DNA of 64,000 bases, taken from assembly GCA_045132035.1 (NCBI GenBank), contig JBGURM010000092.1, positions 7,641-71,640 on the forward strand, given 5' to 3'. The notes under the pieces were generated by a model that saw only the letters and a program-made list of their open reading frames with translations, was not told the origin of the DNA and searched no databases. This document shows, in pieces, positions 31,684 through 42,352 of the stretch (the first letter of the stretch is position 1; each line of letters starts with the position of its first letter). The position numbers and the translations under genes are program-made. Source of the stretch: Bacilli bacterium (GTDB lineage Bacteria > Bacillota_I > Bacilli_A > RFN20 > CAG-826).

Positions 31684-34600
31684 TTAAATTGGTGCGTGTA
31701 ATCCTGTTGAATCTAACGTATATCCATTAGAGAAAGTAACTAGATTTCCACCAGAATATGACGCAACTGTTCCTAATAATATCGCATTACCACTAGCGTC
31801 TTCATGCCAGAAAAGTAATGTTCCTTTAGCGACTGTATCTGTTCCAGTTACAACGCCTGTAGAGGTAAGATCACTCAACGTTTCAACATAGAAATAAATA
31901 TCATCAATTTGTAATTGAGCTTCGTATTTTCTCCACTCACTTGTCATACTCAAACTTGTACTGTATTTATTGTAAGTAAAGATTTTTAACGCCGAGTCAT
32001 TCTTAACCATGTAGTTATTACTGCTAGTGTTATACGAATTATTTCCTAGATTAAAGCCATTTGCTCCTCCAGGAAGCTGTAATTCCACCAAACTTGGACA
32101 ATTGTTAAATACACCATTATTATAGGCTGTCCATCGGCAACTTGGATTTGTCACTCTAAACGCTTCTAAATCAGAACAAGAAGCAAAAGCTGAGGCACCA
32201 AGACTAATCTGACTTGATGTTATTTTCATCGTCACAATATCAGAGCCGGAGAATGCACTACCACCAATACTCGTTACACTAGAAGGTAAAACAATATTGC
32301 CACTTGAGTCAATCACTCCAGTGTTTGCAAAGGCCGATCCTTTAATTGAAGTTAAAGATGTAAATTTGCTAAATTCAAATTGTTCTAGTTTTCCACATCC
32401 AGAGAACGCACTTGCCTCAATAGAAGTAATACCAATCGACGCTCCGTCAACTGTAACATGTTCTAAGTTGGTGCATCCTTCAAATGTTGATTCTCCTAAT
32501 TTGTCATAAAGAGTGGAAGGAAGACTAACATCTACCAAACTTGTGCAGCCACTAAATGCTCCAGTTTTAACTATATGGACTTGGCATAATGCTGAAGTTG
32601 GCCAAAGAATATTGGTAAGGCCAGTAGAAGCAAACGCTCCATCTTCGATTACAAGAGTTCCGGTGACATTTCTAAAATCTAACGTTGTTAAATTAGAACA
32701 TCCATTGAATGCATTGGAGTTTATTGTTACTGTTCCAGTAACATTACCAAAGCTAACTGTTGCTAAACTATCACAACCAGTAAAAGCACTTGATCCGATT
32801 GTCAAAGATCCTGATAACGAGCCAAAATTCACACTTGCCAAATCTCCACAAGACTCAAATGCACTGGAGCCGATTGTCAAGTCGGTTGATACAGGAGTAA
32901 AACTAATTGATGCTAGATTTTCACAATCCTTAAACGCTGAAGCTCCGACAGTAAAACTAGAATTATTAGCGGCAGTAAATGATTCGATAGATGGGTTGTT
33001 TTTAAAAGCCTCATCACCAATACCAGCATATTGGGAATTAGTTAAATTCAAAGCGTGAGCAACAGGTGTATCGCCTGTCACGTAATATGTTAAATCAGTG
33101 TTTTCAACACTATCGAAGACACCTTTTGGAATTATATCTCCAGGAGAAACAGGGAATTCAACGTTTGCAAGTTCTTCGCACCCTTTCATCGCATATTCAG
33201 GAAGATTAAGAACGTTACCAGCGATGGTGTCTAAGTTGCACTTAAATGCTGTTCTATCGTAACTTAAAACAATCTTACCTAAGTAAACATAACTATCCGT
33301 ATCAAACTCCATCGTTCCACTTCTAGATGATTTAGTGCCGATTGGAGAAAATAATGGTTGAGGAATTGTGTTAACACCAGATTGAGTTGGATTGCCACAA
33401 ATTAATGATCTAATCCATACACCCATCTTGAATGCACCAAACATATATGGGTTTGTTTTATATAATCCATTAAACTTAATGCCATTTTTTGGTGATCCAA
33501 CAGCGGATGTATCAGCAGCACCTTCTGCTGTATAATCAGCAGCATCTCTATTTAAAACCAGCAATAATCTATCTTTATTGAATGAAATACCAGCGTCGTT
33601 TGTTGAATATAACGCACATGTATATAAAGGTGTTCCTGCAGTGGCAGAAGTATAAGTTGTGACAGTGTAATAATTAGAACTTCCACCAGCAAAAGTGATT
33701 TGTCTAAGATTTAATGCGTTAGCGAAGATGGATTGAATTTTATCTTCTGGAGAAGCAACCACCAGCTTGCTTGGATCTTCGATTGATCCGCTTGGAACTG
33801 TAACTGAATTTTCAAAGAATTTACACGTGCTTGGAATATTTAAAATAGCTTTAACACCACAGAACAAGAAAGCACTCTTGCCAATATATTCAAGGGATGA
33901 TGGCATTCCTTCTACAGGCGTATTATTTCCGCTATACGACTTAATAGTCGTAACACCGTACGTTCGAATAAACGCATAATCTCCAATGGATTTAATTGTG
34001 TTAGGCAAGACAATCGTTGTTAAATCATCAAAGCTACCTACCGCCTTAGTAGGACTTGTATCCTGACCATCACAGAAGCAGCAAGAGAAAGCTGCATCTC
34101 CAATTTTATTAACGGTACAAGTTCTATTTGTTCCGTTGATTTTGGCAGTAACAGTTTCTTTAACTGTAGCGGTTGTTAAGCTAGCAGAATTGTCATAAAG
34201 ACTATACATATAGTTCGACATTGTAGCGACATAGTTTTCACCAACTTTGCCACAAACATAAGAGCATTTATCTTCTATAACTAATTCACGACTTGTTTCA
34301 CTAGAAACGCCAACTTCAACATTAATACCATCAATAGTTTCTTTATAATGGACATTATCATATACTGGTGTTTCTTGGTTGATTTCAAAAGTATTTACTG
34401 ATTCATCGCTAGAATAATCAGACGTATAGCTTGAGCCAAAAATAAATCCAAAGTGCTTTGTTGAGGCTTCTTTTGTTGCAAAATATGCTTCATTGCCAAC
34501 TGTTTTCCATTGGGTAGCCAATGATAATGCTTTATTCTCAAAGCTTAAGTTTGTCCAGTGCCCGTCTTTTTTGTCACTATACATATTAGTGCCATATGTG

Positions 34601-36780
34601 CCTGACAAGTATATGGCCGCCCTTCCATTACCATGGAAAGCAAAACGTTGCATTCTAAGATTTGTCGATATATTTGGCAAAATAAGAGTTTGCAAAAATG
34701 GTTCTCCTCTAAAGTCATTACAATCATTACCTGCGCTACCACCACTACCAGCGTTAGATCCAATTGATTCTTGACCATAAAAATTATCACGAGTCACACC
34801 ATCTTGTGTATGGAATGTAATAGTGTGATTCTCTCTTTCTTCGAAAATAATGGTTTGAAGAGATTCGTTAAAAACGAAAGTTTGAACAGGAATAATTAAA
34901 TCAACGGTTTCGCTTTCAGAGCCTCCTCTAAAAATTACCTTCCCTAGTAAGGAGCATCCAGCAAAAGCGTGAGCGGGTCTATCTTTTTTAGTAGCTTGAC
35001 CAGTTCCAAAGTCAAATCCATATGTATTTTTATATCTATTCTTATCATCAGAAAGAGTAGCAAAATATTTAAATTTTCTTGGGAAGATGAAAGTTGATGC
35101 AGTGTGAGCTTTCCAAGTGGCGTTTCCTTTAATTTGAGTGGTTCCACCTGCAGTTCTTCCTAGAGCATAAAAGGCGTCCGTTCCGATTGTCTCGAGTCTA
35201 GAACCTCCGTTTTCTGGGGCTCTATCGTCATATGCCCATGTAAAGACAGTAACTTCAGGAAGCATTCTTTGTTCAAATACGCCAAAAGCTTCGTCACCAA
35301 TAGCTCTGATTCTCGCTGGTAAATGGAGCTCTTTAATTTTAGATTTATTATCATTGCCACCAATGCCAGAAAAGGCACGATAACCAATAAATTCAAGGTC
35401 ATCCATTTGAGATAAATCAATTCTTCCAATAATATCGGCTTCACGACCTGTCGAAGCAAGCGAATAATCACCATCGCAGGCATCAAGAGTGTCAACAACA
35501 TATAAGTTAATGTAATTTTTACCTCTAAACATTTCGTTTTCGATAGCAGTCAATGTTGGTGGCAAATATAGTCTTTTTAAGTTGGTTTTATTAATACTAT
35601 CAAAAGTATTTCTTTCAACACGAACAACCCTATTACCAGCCGGTTCAGGCATATGTTCAGGAACAGCAATAAAGCCTTTAGCGGCTGTAGGCGCTGAACC
35701 TTTATATTTTGTGATGGTTACATCACCATTTGGTTTACATGTATATTCCCATTCGGAAGTATTAAAGAAATCGGCGTTAATAATCGAATCATAATTGTGT
35801 TTATCGGTAGCAGGATTGCCACTATCGTTATACCATCCCCAGTTTGGGTGGGCAGTTATCCAATTATTAATATCAGTAGAATCGCCACAAAAAGTAATTT
35901 TAAGTCGAGTATCTCCTTCGTGATTGCAATAATTAAATGCGTGTGGTTCAATTCCAATTCCAGAAGCGTCACCAACTCCATTAGCGTCAGTAAACATTGA
36001 TCTAGAGATGTAGATGGTCCTCAAAGAAGTACATCCTTGAAATGCTCGAGAGCGAATCGTTTCAATCTTTTGAAAATAAATATTACTAGACAAAGCAGAA
36101 CAACCATTAAACGCTTCCTCGGCAATTTCTTGAATCGAAGTAGGAAGTGACAAGGTTGTTAAAGAATTACATTTAAAAAAGCAGAAAGAAGGGATTCTTG
36201 TTAATGTAGAATATTGAGTACCTTCGCTGTCTGGCAAAACTTCACAGTTACAATCCAATGCTTTAGAGGAACTGTCTTGGTTGCTATTAATAAAATTAAC
36301 AGTTGTTAAGTTAGAACAACTATAAAATGCGGCGTCTCCGATTTCGGAAACAGTATATGGTATAGCAATTGAAGTAATTCTGCTATACATGAACGCTTCA
36401 AAGTCAATGGTAGTAACGTTAGTATCACTTCTAAAAGTAATATTTGAAGCGATATTCCCATGGAATGCATTATGCATGATTCCAGTCACTCTCTTGCCAT
36501 CTGTTGGATTGACGGAAGGGATAACAATGTTAGCGCTATGTGTTTTCTTTACACTATCTTTTAAAGAAATACCATAGGTATCTCCTGGAAGAAGATAATA
36601 ATCAAAAATGCCATCTGTACGAGCGTATGTACCATCTAAAATATAGTTAGGTTTGATGTCCGGACCTTTTGGAAAATCAGGAACATATCTAATGTTTGAA
36701 AAAGTTAAAACAAGAGTAAACAAAAGAAAAGCGGAATCGAATATTAATCGTTTTTTAGTTAATAATTTCTTAAAAATCAT
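31684..36780 (-). CDS. BspA-type leucine-rich-repeat (LRR_5) giant surface protein, 1698 aa
   Basis: N-terminal signal/anchor. Dozens of ~23-aa repeats of the form F..C..L..V.F....LTIG..AF (for example SISFTPVSTDLTIGSSAFESCGDLASVNF). Confidence 0.7.
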   Translation of the reverse strand: MIFKKLLTKKRLIFDSAFLLFTLVLTFSNIRYVPDFPKGPDIKPNYILDGTYARTDGIFDYYLLPGDTYGISLKDSVKKTHSANIVIPSVNPTDGKRVTGIMHNAFHGNIASNITFRSDTNVTTIDFEAFMYSRITSIAIPYTVSEIGDAAFYSCSNLTTVNFINSNQDSSSKALDCNCEVLPDSEGTQYSTLTRIPSFCFFKCNSLTTLSLPTSIQEIAEEAFNGCSALSSNIYFQKIETIRSRAFQGCTSLRTIYISRSMFTDANGVGDASGIGIEPHAFNYCNHEGDTRLKITFCGDSTDINNWITAHPNWGWYNDSGNPATDKHNYDSIINADFFNTSEWEYTCKPNGDVTITKYKGSAPTAAKGFIAVPEHMPEPAGNRVVRVERNTFDSINKTNLKRLYLPPTLTAIENEMFRGKNYINLYVVDTLDACDGDYSLASTGREADIIGRIDLSQMDDLEFIGYRAFSGIGGNDNKSKIKELHLPARIRAIGDEAFGVFEQRMLPEVTVFTWAYDDRAPENGGSRLETIGTDAFYALGRTAGGTTQIKGNATWKAHTASTFIFPRKFKYFATLSDDKNRYKNTYGFDFGTGQATKKDRPAHAFAGCSLLGKVIFRGGSESETVDLIIPVQTFVFNESLQTIIFEERENHTITFHTQDGVTRDNFYGQESIGSNAGSGGSAGNDCNDFRGEPFLQTLILPNISTNLRMQRFAFHGNGRAAIYLSGTYGTNMYSDKKDGHWTNLSFENKALSLATQWKTVGNEAYFATKEASTKHFGFIFGSSYTSDYSSDESVNTFEINQETPVYDNVHYKETIDGINVEVGVSSETSRELVIEDKCSYVCGKVGENYVATMSNYMYSLYDNSASLTTATVKETVTAKINGTNRTCTVNKIGDAAFSCCFCDGQDTSPTKAVGSFDDLTTIVLPNTIKSIGDYAFIRTYGVTTIKSYSGNNTPVEGMPSSLEYIGKSAFLFCGVKAILNIPSTCKFFENSVTVPSGSIEDPSKLVVASPEDKIQSIFANALNLRQITFAGGSSNYYTVTTYTSATAGTPLYTCALYSTNDAGISFNKDRLLLVLNRDAADYTAEGAADTSAVGSPKNGIKFNGLYKTNPYMFGAFKMGVWIRSLICGNPTQSGVNTIPQPLFSPIGTKSSRSGTMEFDTDSYVYLGKIVLSYDRTAFKCNLDTIAGNVLNLPEYAMKGCEELANVEFPVSPGDIIPKGVFDSVENTDLTYYVTGDTPVAHALNLTNSQYAGIGDEAFKNNPSIESFTAANNSSFTVGASAFKDCENLASISFTPVSTDLTIGSSAFESCGDLASVNFGSLSGSLTIGSSAFTGCDSLATVSFGNVTGTVTINSNAFNGCSNLTTLDFRNVTGTLVIEDGAFASTGLTNILWPTSALCQVHIVKTGAFSGCTSLVDVSLPSTLYDKLGESTFEGCTNLEHVTVDGASIGITSIEASAFSGCGKLEQFEFSKFTSLTSIKGSAFANTGVIDSSGNIVLPSSVTSIGGSAFSGSDIVTMKITSSQISLGASAFASCSDLEAFRVTNPSCRWTAYNNGVFNNCPSLVELQLPGGANGFNLGNNSYNTSSNNYMVKNDSALKIFTYNKYSTSLSMTSEWRKYEAQLQIDDIYFYVETLSDLTSTGVVTGTDTVAKGTLLFWHEDASGNAILLGTVASYSGGNLVTFSNGYTLDSTGLHAPI

Positions 36781-36798
36781 ATAGCTTTCCTCTCCTTT

Positions 36799-39700
36799 CT
36801 AAATTTCCGGATAAACAATCTTATCGTCGGTACTATCGCCTTCATTGAATAATGTAACTGTGGCGTTTGATAACCCAGTAACTGGGTGACTATGGGCGTA
36901 ATTTGATACAGCTATGTATGTAACTGCTGAGATATAATCTGTCGATATTACAAACTTATTTGTGGCTTGATTATATACAAAGCTGACATTAGCGGGAGCA
37001 GCATCGAATGTAGATCTATCAGAGTTGACTAATGCAACATAGCATCTTTGATTATCTACTCTACTGTCGCTTGGATTATATACAGTAACAGGGTGTTCTT
37101 TATCTAATGTAATATTAGTAGTTACCACACCTGTGCCTGGATTGTATGAGTAACATTCCTTTTTAACAAAGTCGACATTCTTGACTTCGTCTCTACTAGC
37201 AAACGCATTATCTTCGAAGGTGATTTGTCCATCAGTTTGTCCTTGAGCACAGACATAGAATAATTTTGCAATACCCTCTTTTCCACTATCTCTATTAACA
37301 CCTGAAGCAGAACCTATACAATATCTACCTGGTTCAAGTTTAAATGTGTGGGCATACAATCTTGTTTTTCCAGAAGAATAACCATATTCAGTTGTTCCGT
37401 AAGTGTTCGGGATAGTTGCATTAGTATGAATTGTGGCAGGCGTAAACGTTGAACCATCAGAATTATAGACACCAATTTGACCAACGTTTTGGTTATCAAC
37501 TTTATAATCAAAATAAGCTAGGTGGTCGTCTTTCGGCATAAAAAACGCAAAGTCAGGATCCTCAAATGTGCGGTTGACATATGGTTTTCCAAGATACTCA
37601 TCTCTTTCATCACCAATTTTATAAATACCGACAGCGGCTGGTTTTGTTCGATCGACTAGACCAGCAACAATCGTTACATTAGCTGTGTTTGTTTTGATTT
37701 CAAAATTAATCATATTTGCTACTGGCTTTTCATAATCATCATTATCGATACAATACATTTTCATACCCGTGCCAGATAAATCTGGAGTAGCGAAACTTGA
37801 AGCAAAGTAGCGAATTTCTTGTCCTAAGCTATTTCTTAACATGACACCACTCTTACCACTATTAGCAGAGGCAGGGATAGTGTGTCCGTCCTTATCGACA
37901 AGAACACTTTCAAAATACTTAGACATAAATGAACCACCGACAGTGTTTTTATCTACATCTGAAAAATAGAATCCTTTGCCTGTTCTATAGTTGTAGTCCA
38001 TTTTAAAACGTACAATATAGTTTTGGTGCCAATTACGTTGCTCGAAACTTTCAACGGTTATTTGGTCATAATTAGGGAAGTGATATCCTGGATGGAATGA
38101 AGATGGGGTGTTGGAGTTAAGAGCGTTTCTAAATTTATCAAATGTTGGGCCCTTATCTTTTTGATATTCACCAGTTGCATAATAAATATAATAGTTCGAA
38201 TCAACAGAAACATCTTCATTTCTAATAACTGATTTTTCTAAGTCGTTACTTGCTTCATAGTCCATACCCGAACCAGATTCGTTTGTAGCAATAGTAAAAA
38301 TACCTAAATCAGTATTAGAAATGATTTTCTGAGGTCTAAATGAAACGGAATCTCTTTCTAAAGTTACATGTTGGCCACTACCATTTATTCTTAAGAAATC
38401 ACGATATTTTAGTGACGAAGAAGGTGTATAAGAAACGCCACCACCAGGTAACGAGGTAGAAGTGTCAAATGAATGAGAGTCAATAATTTCATTATAAACA
38501 GATGTAAAGTCAAGAACACCAATGTCTTTACCAGTAGTTGTTGCTGCATCGCTTTCTTCAGCAGCGATGTTGTGAACGGTACCACCAATAAGACCGATTA
38601 ATCCATAATTTGAACCGTTTTCCATCGCATGATATGTAGAAAGTCCAGTAATTGTGTTACCGTTATTCATTTCAAATCTACCATTATAGACATAACAATC
38701 ACTAACCGAACCATCACAGTGACCAATAAGAAGACCTATATTGTTTGTGTGTTCAGAACCTAGGTGAGCGTTCATTGTTAAAATAGATGAATCTTTCGCA
38801 TTCAAAGCAAAATCAAAATCTAAGCTCATAACAACTTTTGAATGGTCTAGACCATAGTTATCAGTTGTACTAGCAATCAAAGAAACCGACGAAGAAGCAC
38901 GAAGTGGGAATGTGGTGGCTTCAGTTTTTTCTTTTTTAAAAAATCTATAAACTTCTTCTATATCGACAGAAACTTCGCTGTTTCCATCTGTATATGTTAG
39001 AAAATCACCAGAAATAAGGAATTTATACTTATAGTTTGTGTTTGTTGAGGTAAAGGAAACAACTGGTACATCGTAATCAATTGATGGCATTGGATCACCA
39101 CTTGATTCATCCCATTCGAAAAAATCTTCAGCGTCGAATTCAAGGAATTTGAATTTTCCAGTGTCTGTATTAATAAAAGTATCTGATTCAGAGCCTTCAA
39201 TATCATACACAAATGACGTTCCTACTGCTACAGGAGCGGATGGTCCATATAGTCCAGCAAATGAATCAGTATATCCAAGAGAGTTAATTGTGACATTACT
39301 CAAAAATAAATCATGAATACTAGAACCATGCGCTGTATAACCAAATAAACCAGCGTCTTGTGGATCAGCATAAACAGTTAAATTCTTAATCTCTAATCCT
39401 TGACCATCAAACTCTCCATAAAAAGGAACTGCTTCAGAGCCAATTGCGTTGATAGGTTCATAATCGTAGTCAGAATCGCTCATATCAAGGAAAGGAACAG
39501 TCGTTGTTGACGTATCATCAAGGTAACACAATGGTTTGCCAGTTAAGTCGCCCGCCAAGCCTTCCAAACCAAGCTGGAAATAAGTGCTTTCTTTAAAAAC
39601 TCCCAATCCTTGCAAACGAGACAAGTTATACATATGGCGTGGTCTAGTGATAACATATGGATCGCCAGGATCGCTTGGGCCATTAGTTCCTTTCGGCCTT

Positions 39701-39861
39701 CCAGTACCACGTTCAAAGTAAGAACGAAGAGAAACCTCGCCATAAAAGCCATCACTTTCAGCATCCTTGATATATGCGGATAAAGTGAAAGGAACGATCA
39801 TACTCACAAAAAGAAGAGTACAAATTCCAATATATGCTATTAAAACTTTTTTCGATTTCAT
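36799..39861 (-). CDS. Large secreted protein (1020 aa) with a TasA/camelysin-like N-terminal region
   Basis: Signal anchor then LSAYIKDAESDGFYGEVSL (compare camelysin AYFSDKEVSNNTFAAGTLDL). Beta-rich D/G/T-rich body. Confidence 0.45.
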   Translation of the reverse strand: MKSKKVLIAYIGICTLLFVSMIVPFTLSAYIKDAESDGFYGEVSLRSYFERGTGRPKGTNGPSDPGDPYVITRPRHMYNLSRLQGLGVFKESTYFQLGLEGLAGDLTGKPLCYLDDTSTTTVPFLDMSDSDYDYEPINAIGSEAVPFYGEFDGQGLEIKNLTVYADPQDAGLFGYTAHGSSIHDLFLSNVTINSLGYTDSFAGLYGPSAPVAVGTSFVYDIEGSESDTFINTDTGKFKFLEFDAEDFFEWDESSGDPMPSIDYDVPVVSFTSTNTNYKYKFLISGDFLTYTDGNSEVSVDIEEVYRFFKKEKTEATTFPLRASSSVSLIASTTDNYGLDHSKVVMSLDFDFALNAKDSSILTMNAHLGSEHTNNIGLLIGHCDGSVSDCYVYNGRFEMNNGNTITGLSTYHAMENGSNYGLIGLIGGTVHNIAAEESDAATTTGKDIGVLDFTSVYNEIIDSHSFDTSTSLPGGGVSYTPSSSLKYRDFLRINGSGQHVTLERDSVSFRPQKIISNTDLGIFTIATNESGSGMDYEASNDLEKSVIRNEDVSVDSNYYIYYATGEYQKDKGPTFDKFRNALNSNTPSSFHPGYHFPNYDQITVESFEQRNWHQNYIVRFKMDYNYRTGKGFYFSDVDKNTVGGSFMSKYFESVLVDKDGHTIPASANSGKSGVMLRNSLGQEIRYFASSFATPDLSGTGMKMYCIDNDDYEKPVANMINFEIKTNTANVTIVAGLVDRTKPAAVGIYKIGDERDEYLGKPYVNRTFEDPDFAFFMPKDDHLAYFDYKVDNQNVGQIGVYNSDGSTFTPATIHTNATIPNTYGTTEYGYSSGKTRLYAHTFKLEPGRYCIGSASGVNRDSGKEGIAKLFYVCAQGQTDGQITFEDNAFASRDEVKNVDFVKKECYSYNPGTGVVTTNITLDKEHPVTVYNPSDSRVDNQRCYVALVNSDRSTFDAAPANVSFVYNQATNKFVISTDYISAVTYIAVSNYAHSHPVTGLSNATVTLFNEGDSTDDKIVYPEI

Positions 39862-41423
39862 CAGAATCTCACCTCCTTTAATGGAGATGGAGCTGGTGCC
39901 AATTCAATATGTTCCTCAGCACTAAAGTAAAAATAGAAATCACGGTCTAGAAGATACGTTTTACCAACACGTTCTTGATTGGTGAAAAATTGCATATATT
40001 CGTAATCGTAGTCAATTGCGATATAACAGTGATAAGTTACTGGAGTATTTGACTCAGGAATCAAAGTTGAATCAGTATTTTCTTTAACATGTATATCACA
40101 TTCCACTGATGTATCTAACTCGGTATCGTTTTGGAATTTGTTATATGGATCAGCACGATCAACAATTCTATTTTTTCCAGCAACTATCTCGTAATCGGTT
40201 TGATATGGATGAGGCATTGCTCTAAAAGCATCCCACGCCGCTGTTGGAGTTGCGTATGGAACGGCAGTAAACATGGTATAGAAAGCATAAAAATCACTTG
40301 CGTTAAGTGGATTACGATGTGAACTGTCGACATAACCACGGTATGTATATGCATTTGTAGTAGCATATTTTCCTGTGTAGTTATAAATATAAGGCACTGA
40401 CGTTAAATCTGGATTTCTTATGATTTTTAATCCAGTTTCAACTTCATTTTTGTTTTGATAACTTAATTCAACATCTAACACAACTTGAGTGTTTTGTTCA
40501 TAAATTGCGTAAGGTAAATAGTCATTGATTGACTCGTAAGTTGCCGCAGCAGTGCCACGGTAATCAATGGTAATCTTAGTTGGATCAATTAAGTTATTAC
40601 CAATAATCGCATTGTCATTTCTTGAAGTGAGAATGATATCTAAGTAATGAGTTCCACCAGCGTCAACGCGATATTGGAATGTGTAAATACCAGCTTTTAA
40701 ACATTTAATACTCTTACCATCTTCAGAAGTAAATCTAGCATTACCACTTGGTGAAGTTGATGGTGAATTATATGTATAGTAATCACATGTTGGGCCAGAA
40801 ATTGTTCCAGCGTTAAAAAGAATAAACTCTGCTCCAATAGAAACAACAACATTATCAACAGTTACTGGTTCACCCACTACTGGAGCATCTTTTCTAGCAA
40901 ACGCTGTTGCGGTTAAAGTTGACCATTCATTTGTAGAAACTCCAGTAAATGTCGAATCACCCATCAAATAATAATGGAAATCCTGAGAGTCTTCATAATA
41001 AATGTTTGTGGCACTATTTGAAGAGCTGGTTGTTGTATATGAATGTGCACTTCCATTTATGCCTAAAGTAAATGTCACTGTGTTCGCTAAATTACTTGGG
41101 GTATTAACCGAAGCATCTTCAACAACATAACTCTTAACTTGGCCAACACCATCATAATCAACGAATTCTGTAGAGTTGTTATGATATGGGTAAATGTATT
41201 TATATGCAGAGACTTTTTCAATTGTGACACCTAAGTCACCAGAGAAAGTCGCCATTTGAGCGCCACCATTGTTAGAAAGATAGAACCATGCAAAAGTTGC
41301 ACTAGACAAAGCAAAAGCACTTCCAATCGTAAGAGCCACCATCGCAATAATGGTTTTCTTACTCTTGAGGCCATTTCCTTTGACCTTATTAGCTAAATTT
41401 GTGAATACCTTTCCTATTTTCAT
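39861..41423 (-). CDS. Secreted protein with a SipW-cognate-type signal peptide, TasA/camelysin (M73)-like, 520 aa
   Basis: ...ALSSATFAWFYLSNNGGAQMATFSGDLGVTI parallels TasA GGGTWAAFNDIKSKDATFASGTLDL. Shares a 1-nt overlap with the downstream gene. Confidence 0.5.
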   Translation of the reverse strand: MKIGKVFTNLANKVKGNGLKSKKTIIAMVALTIGSAFALSSATFAWFYLSNNGGAQMATFSGDLGVTIEKVSAYKYIYPYHNNSTEFVDYDGVGQVKSYVVEDASVNTPSNLANTVTFTLGINGSAHSYTTTSSSNSATNIYYEDSQDFHYYLMGDSTFTGVSTNEWSTLTATAFARKDAPVVGEPVTVDNVVVSIGAEFILFNAGTISGPTCDYYTYNSPSTSPSGNARFTSEDGKSIKCLKAGIYTFQYRVDAGGTHYLDIILTSRNDNAIIGNNLIDPTKITIDYRGTAAATYESINDYLPYAIYEQNTQVVLDVELSYQNKNEVETGLKIIRNPDLTSVPYIYNYTGKYATTNAYTYRGYVDSSHRNPLNASDFYAFYTMFTAVPYATPTAAWDAFRAMPHPYQTDYEIVAGKNRIVDRADPYNKFQNDTELDTSVECDIHVKENTDSTLIPESNTPVTYHCYIAIDYDYEYMQFFTNQERVGKTYLLDRDFYFYFSAEEHIELAPAPSPLKEVRF

Positions 41424-41425
41424 AA

Positions 41426-42295
41426 CTATGCAATCGAGAGTGTTAAGCTTGAAAGAGTTAATCCTTCATAGCAATTACTATTAAAACCAGTTAAATCACC
41501 ACTTGTGTAGTGTTCATAATAACCAGTAGTTTTATTGAGTTTATAGAATGTTCCTTCATCATTAGAGAATTCAATTGTGAAGAAAACGATTGTACGATAT
41601 CCATCTAAATTATCATCAACATCACTAACGACGACAACTTCTTCAACTGGGTTAGAAGCAGGATCGTCCTCTGAATAATCAAAAACATCAGTAATTGGAG
41701 ATGGATTAGCTCTTAAATCAGCGTAGTAACTTTGATATCCAGTTGCGATATCGGCTTCATCGTCACCAGAATCAAGCACACTATAAGATGCTCCATAAAT
41801 ATCAATTGCCCAAGAAAGATGAACTGGGGCGTCTTCTCCCACTGAAGCAGAACCTGTAACTTCACTCCAATCAGTGATTGATAATTTGCTCATTGCTTTA
41901 GAGCCTTTGATGATAAATGCATATGTCAATTTATGAGCTGGCCATAAATGTTCAATATTTGTTGGATCTGGATCATCAGTGACTACTCCATCTTCGTAAT
42001 TGATTTTGGTAAACGAAGCATCTTCATATTCAACTTGGTAGCCAGAAAAAATATCGGTAATTGAATTTTGGTTTCCATCATGAGATTCTGACTCATCGTC
42101 AGTGAAAGAATCTAAGTAATACATCTCATATTCAATTTGTTCTGGGGTCATAACTTTGAAAGAGCCACCGCCAACAGAAACAGATTGATTTGTAGAGAAC
42201 CAAGCATATGTTCCAGATATAGCGGCAAACAAAGAAAAGACCGCCGTCAACGTGGCAGCAACTATTTTTATTCTTGTTAATGTCTTTCTTTTCAT
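41426..42295 (-). CDS. Secreted protein with a SipW-cognate-type signal peptide, TasA/camelysin-like, 289 aa. First gene of the operon.
   Basis: MKRKTLTRIKIVAATLTAVFSLFAAISGTYAWFSTNQSVSVGGGSFKV. GAGGGG RBS. Confidence 0.5.
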   Translation of the reverse strand: MKRKTLTRIKIVAATLTAVFSLFAAISGTYAWFSTNQSVSVGGGSFKVMTPEQIEYEMYYLDSFTDDESESHDGNQNSITDIFSGYQVEYEDASFTKINYEDGVVTDDPDPTNIEHLWPAHKLTYAFIIKGSKAMSKLSITDWSEVTGSASVGEDAPVHLSWAIDIYGASYSVLDSGDDEADIATGYQSYYADLRANPSPITDVFDYSEDDPASNPVEEVVVVSDVDDNLDGYRTIVFFTIEFSNDEGTFYKLNKTTGYYEHYTSGDLTGFNSNCYEGLTLSSLTLSIA

Positions 42296-42313
42296 TTTGC
42301 CCCTCTACTATTT

Positions 42314-42352
42314 AAAAAGCCAGTCGCCTTATTAGTAGTTAGGCAGCTGGCT
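42314..42352 (-). promoter_or_regulatory. Terminator-like hairpin plus U-run inside the 5' leader of the fibre operon, immediately upstream of the RBS. Possible attenuator.
   Basis: Minus strand AGCCAGCUGCC-loop-GGCGACUGGCU (10/11 bp) then UUUUUAAAUAGUAGAGGGGCAAAAUG. Confidence 0.45.
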
